This document shows, in pieces, positions 47,447 to 51,482 of a stretch of DNA of 51,482 bases. Every line of letters starts with the position of its first letter. Within the stretch, counting starts at the first letter, position 1. The position numbers and the translations under genes were made by a program. The notes under the pieces are model-generated. The model worked only from the letters and a program-made list of their open reading frames with translations, was not told the DNA's origin and made no database searches. Source of the DNA: Chromera velia (Eukaryota); NCBI GenBank assembly GCA_018398765.1, contig JAHBMJ010000279.1, forward strand, positions 1-51,482, given 5' to 3'.

Positions 47447-49835
47447 ATCGAGCACCAGTGCAGAACAGAGGGAAGGATCGAGCGTAGCAACATTCGAGCG
47501 ACCTTTCACACTAAAGACGTAAAGAGAAGGCCCAAAAAAAATAAACACAGAGCAATATACCATATGCAGCAAGGATTCGATCTGACCTGACTGTTAGTGG
47601 TCTTGACAAAAAGGAAAAATCTGCACAGTCCATGACAGAGACGGGATGCTCAGCCCCCTCCGCCTAAGTGTCAGTCTACACTTCCATTTGAGCAGGCCAG
47701 CAACAGATCCTCAAAATTTAATGACGTACAGACCTGGAGTTCGCTCTGAGTGCTTTTTGCGACCGACTACATAAGCTGCGTGTATTTTGAGTACTCTTCT
47801 GCTTTCCTTCCTTAAAGTTCCTCCCTCCCTGCCTGTCTTCCTTCCTTCCTTCCTTCCTTCTTTCTTTCTTTCTTTATTTATTTTTTTTTTGCTTGCTTGC
47901 CTGCCCTCTTTTTTCTTTTTTTCCCGCTTTTTCTTCTAGCTTTCATTCTCTCCTTTCTTCCGTTCTTCATGCCTTCTTTCTTTTCTTCCTTCTTGATGCC
48001 TTCCTTCTTTCCTTGCTTGGTTCTTTGCTTTCTTGCTTGCCTGCTCTCTCTCTCTCTCTCTCTTTCTTTCTTCCTTCCTTCCTTCCCTCCCTCTCTATAA
48101 GCACTGATAGTAAACATGTTTATTTAACTTTATTATTATATCACAGTTTATAAATGCCAATTTTTTTGAAGGCACAAAAATCATCATATTAATCTGTTGC
48201 GTGTCAGACTCTTAATTAGTATATCCCTACGCGTACCTCTAGTTATAATTAATCTATAAAGTTTTAAAGTGAAATAAAGTCTAAAATAAAGTTTAACTTT
48301 AAAAAACTGATTTAATTATTATTGTCGTGTTCTAGGAACACGGCAAAGTGCGCAGACGTTGGTGGCTAGCGTAGGGAGATGGAATGAAGTGAAAGTATAG
48401 GAATAAAGGTCTAGCCAGGGCTTGCATCATGAGCACCGGCTGCAATCCAAACTCCCATCCTGCATAGCAAGAACCTTTTGGTCTCACATTGTCTTGTCTT
48501 ACTCATCATCTGACTAACTGCAGAGCTCCTGTGAGCGGAGATGCCGGCCGAAAGAAGAAATCGATCACTATTCATAAGGAGCCGGAACAGTTGTGGTGAT
48601 GACGCGCATGTTTGCAACTTGTGTCGGCTGTGACATGTAGGCTAGCGTGCGGCTTAGACGTGGGTCGGCCCTCTATGGTATCGATACACAGTGTGTGGCC
48701 CCTGTGGTACACAACAATTACTAAGACGGTTGATTGTAAATAATTGTAAAGTATCGGCACGGCGAGTCTTGAATCAGTCTTGAAACGCTTACGCCAAAGG
48801 CGCAGCTTCACATAATTAAAAGTATTGCGCTTAGTGACCAGATTTGATTTGATTTGATTTAAAGTAGGGCTTAACCTCAAATCAAATCTTAGGCCTGAGA
48901 AACTTTAGCACTGGACTTTAGCATGATAGAGTCTATCAAATCCTATCAAATTTACTTTAAATCTGACCCTTTAACCTCAAATCTCTAGGATAACTCAAGT
49001 CTTAAATTAAGATGACTCTCTAGGATAACTCTAAAATAAAAACTTATGTAAGCTCTTAGCTTTGACAGTAGCTCATTAATTTTGAGAGTCTTAATTGAGC
49101 TTTTAGTCTAGTTTTTAGTGATTTTCTTGTCTCTAGGGCTTTCTAAGATTTGCTAGTGGTGTCGATTGTGTCATGTCGTCTTCAGTGCTATCAAGAGTGA
49201 CTAGGGCTGGGAAAAGGTTCATTGAAAAAAGGTTCAAATCTGAAAAAGTAAACCTGTTGAACCTGTTTTGAACCTGTTGAACCTGTTAAACCTGTTTTGA
49301 ACCTGTTTTGGAGGCTAGACGCGCGGCCACTGGCACAAGGCCGGCCAGGCCTGCGCCGCCCGCGGCCAATATAGGTGAAATAAGGAGCCGGAGCCACGTA
49401 TACAGCAACTGTCCCCAGCCGGTTCAATCTAGTGTGTCGGACAGACGCATGTTAGCATATGTCAGCATCAGCCTCACGGACAGTCTCCACTGAAAAAAAT
49501 AGAGACAGTATAGAGTTTGTTTGATAGCAGTCTGCACAACAATGTAATTGACAATGTCTTTTTGCAGAGACTGAGTACAATACCGGGCAGGCTCTAAAGT
49601 GGACGGGAGAGGGGTTGAACAAGAATGTTATTCCTCATGTGAAGTACAAAACAGGTGACACAATATTGCCAATTCACATGATCGGGTGCATTGATGAGTA
49701 TTCGAAAACAGAGTTTCAATCCGATTTTGTGTAGCAAAAGGTTGGAACGAATGCAAACCCAGATGTCTGGGTGCCACCCGCGGTAGCTGGGAGCGGTGAG
49801 GGCCATGGAGGGGAGTACCCAGGCCCTTCCGCGCG

Positions 49836-50080
49836 TTCGAACATGTTCGAATCCGCGCGAAATATGTTTGAACATGCAAAAACATGTTCGAATCCGCGCC
49901 GTCTCCAAAAATAAATTGTTCGAACGTGCGGAAAAACATGTTCGAACGTGCATTCGAACATGTTCGAACAAACAAGAAAACGCATCTGAACCGTTCGAAC
50001 AAAAATCAGATCTGTTCGAAAATGTTATTGGTGTTCGAAGACGTCTGACTACCTGATCGAATATTGCTGTTCGAACACGT
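49836..50080. repeat. Cluster of palindromic GTTCGAAC/TGTTCGAACA motifs
   Basis: About ten (g)ttcgaa(c) occurrences within 250 bp. An AACCTGTT tandem array lies nearby at 49250-49310. Confidence 0.8.
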
Positions 50081-51324
50081 ACATGCAATTTTAATGTCAT
50101 TGATCGATCGATCGATCCTGTAAAAAACCTTAAGCAGTTCGGTCGATCGAGATCAATATGGAGGCAGTTGCTTCGATCTTCCGCGTTAAATTGCAAGCCT
50201 CTCTAGAGGTTTCAAAGCAGGTTCTTGCAGTTTTTCAACAGTTAATCCGCAACCAGGTGAATGTTTTGAAATCTACAGCCAAGTGAAAGGCCATTCTCCC
50301 TGACTCCAATGGTCACCTCGAGCTCATTGTCGCTTTCTCAACTTCTCTTAAAAATGCTTTGTGCACACAAGTGCATGACTTCTTTATTTCAGACCCTTCC
50401 TTCTTTTCTTCTTTTATTGAAGCTGCAGAGAAAGCCATAGAGGACATGGTGAACAGCTACGTGGAGGCGGAGACACAGAGCGCTTTGTCTATAGTATCAG
50501 CCCCCGGGGAAGCCCAGCCGCAGCAGCAGCAGCAGCTACGAGAAGCAGAGGAGCTGTACCGACTCGAAGACATCTTGGGCAAGGATTCTCCGGAGCTCAA
50601 AACCATGCCTCTGCAAGGGAGATCCAATGCGAAGGACCGGCGACCCTTAGACAGAGGGAGGCTTGTGCACCTGATTGATGCACAACATCTAGAACGCTGC
50701 TCCACTAGCGGAAACCTCTCACTGCGAAACACTGGGGCGACGGGGGAAATCAATGGTAGCACTTTTTGGATAAGAGCTTTCCTTCCGGTCAGTAAAACGG
50801 ACTCAAACCTTTCCTTTGAATGTTTCTGTTGTTTTTTTTCTCATTCCCCTTTCTTCCCCTCTCCTTGCATTGTGTGCAGGCTTTCCTTCTGAGTGCCTCC
50901 TCTCGCATTCGGGAGGCAGAGGTAGGGGCTGCAGGGCTGGAGGCATCGGCTTTGTATCCGGCTGACAGAGACAAGACGTTCATCATCAAGTCCCATCTGG
51001 CTCTTTGGAATCAACACAAAGGAAGGGGTGGGCGGGAAGAAGGGGAAGTGAAGTGGGACGATGTGTGGGAGGCAGGCGGGTCAAAGACTGCTCCTGCAAA
51101 AGTAGCATGGGACCAGATTCAGAGGTCATTGCAAGGGAAAGTACAGCGGCTGAAGAGCCACCTATTCCCCAGAAACAAGGAGCATGTGGAGCAAGTCTAC
51201 AAGATCCTGAAGCAGCGGTTGCTGAAGGAGCCTTTGTGGTGGCAGGAGGTGGTATGGGGTGAGGTCCCTCCACTTGAGTACTGGATTCCTGAAGATCAGG
51301 TCTCCCCTCTCACAGAAGCCGTAG

Positions 51325-51482
51325 CAGACACCGGAAAGGCCCCTGCCCCCCCTCCGTCTCTGGCAAAGGCAGTGATGGACACTCGAAAGGCACCCCCCCG
51401 TGCCCCCCCTCCATCTGTGGCAAAAGCAGCGATGGACACTCGAAAGGCACCCGCCCCCCCCCCGTCTCTGGCAAAGGCAGCG
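51325..51482. repeat. ~50-bp GC-rich tandem repeat running off the window end
   Basis: ...ggacactcgaaaggcaccc...cccctccgtctctggcaaaggcag repeated about three times. Confidence 0.75.

Noticed and set aside
16457..48888. Giant 32-kb element bounded by the inverted ~60-bp repeats
   Set aside because: The apparent termini face outward rather than enclosing the region, and the interior holds ordinary host genes.
50359..51482. ORF fragments at the right edge as a named gene
   Set aside because: Plausibly coding, but no recognisable domain and truncated by the window.
1..51482. tRNA, rRNA or ribozyme genes
   Set aside because: None recognisable by eye; tRNAscan-SE/Infernal would be needed to exclude them.

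Overview
Eukaryotic, intron-rich genomic DNA. The microsatellite-stuffed GT-AG introns, abundant TGCATGCA motifs and gene content suggest an alveolate such as a chromerid; this is inferred, not proven. Spliced models I rebuilt by hand: a 7-exon SAXO/STOP-type microtubule protein (-), a 4-exon CDGSH/NEET iron-sulfur protein (+), an 8-exon PIWI-clade Argonaute (-) that appears to lack the last slicer residue, an intronless FAD-linked (BBE-like) oxidoreductase (+) divergent from it, and a 6-exon ILVBL/HACL2-like ThDP enzyme (-). There is also a split Pol-beta-fold nucleotidyltransferase with OAS/CD-NTase-like motifs (-), a decayed CRE-type non-LTR retrotransposon, several TA-flanked MITE-like elements and short orphan ORFs. 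Most notable: (1) the OAS-like NTase lies about 4 kb from the Piwi gene; (2) five introns show a duplicated 3' splice site/exon start around an AT-rich insert, often a hairpin sharing a TTCTGTATGAAA core, and in one case the insert is a ready-made GT..AG mini-intron; (3) the retroelement's lesions are consistent with C>T/G>A hypermutation. Most ORFs in the supplied track are microsatellite or antisense artefacts.
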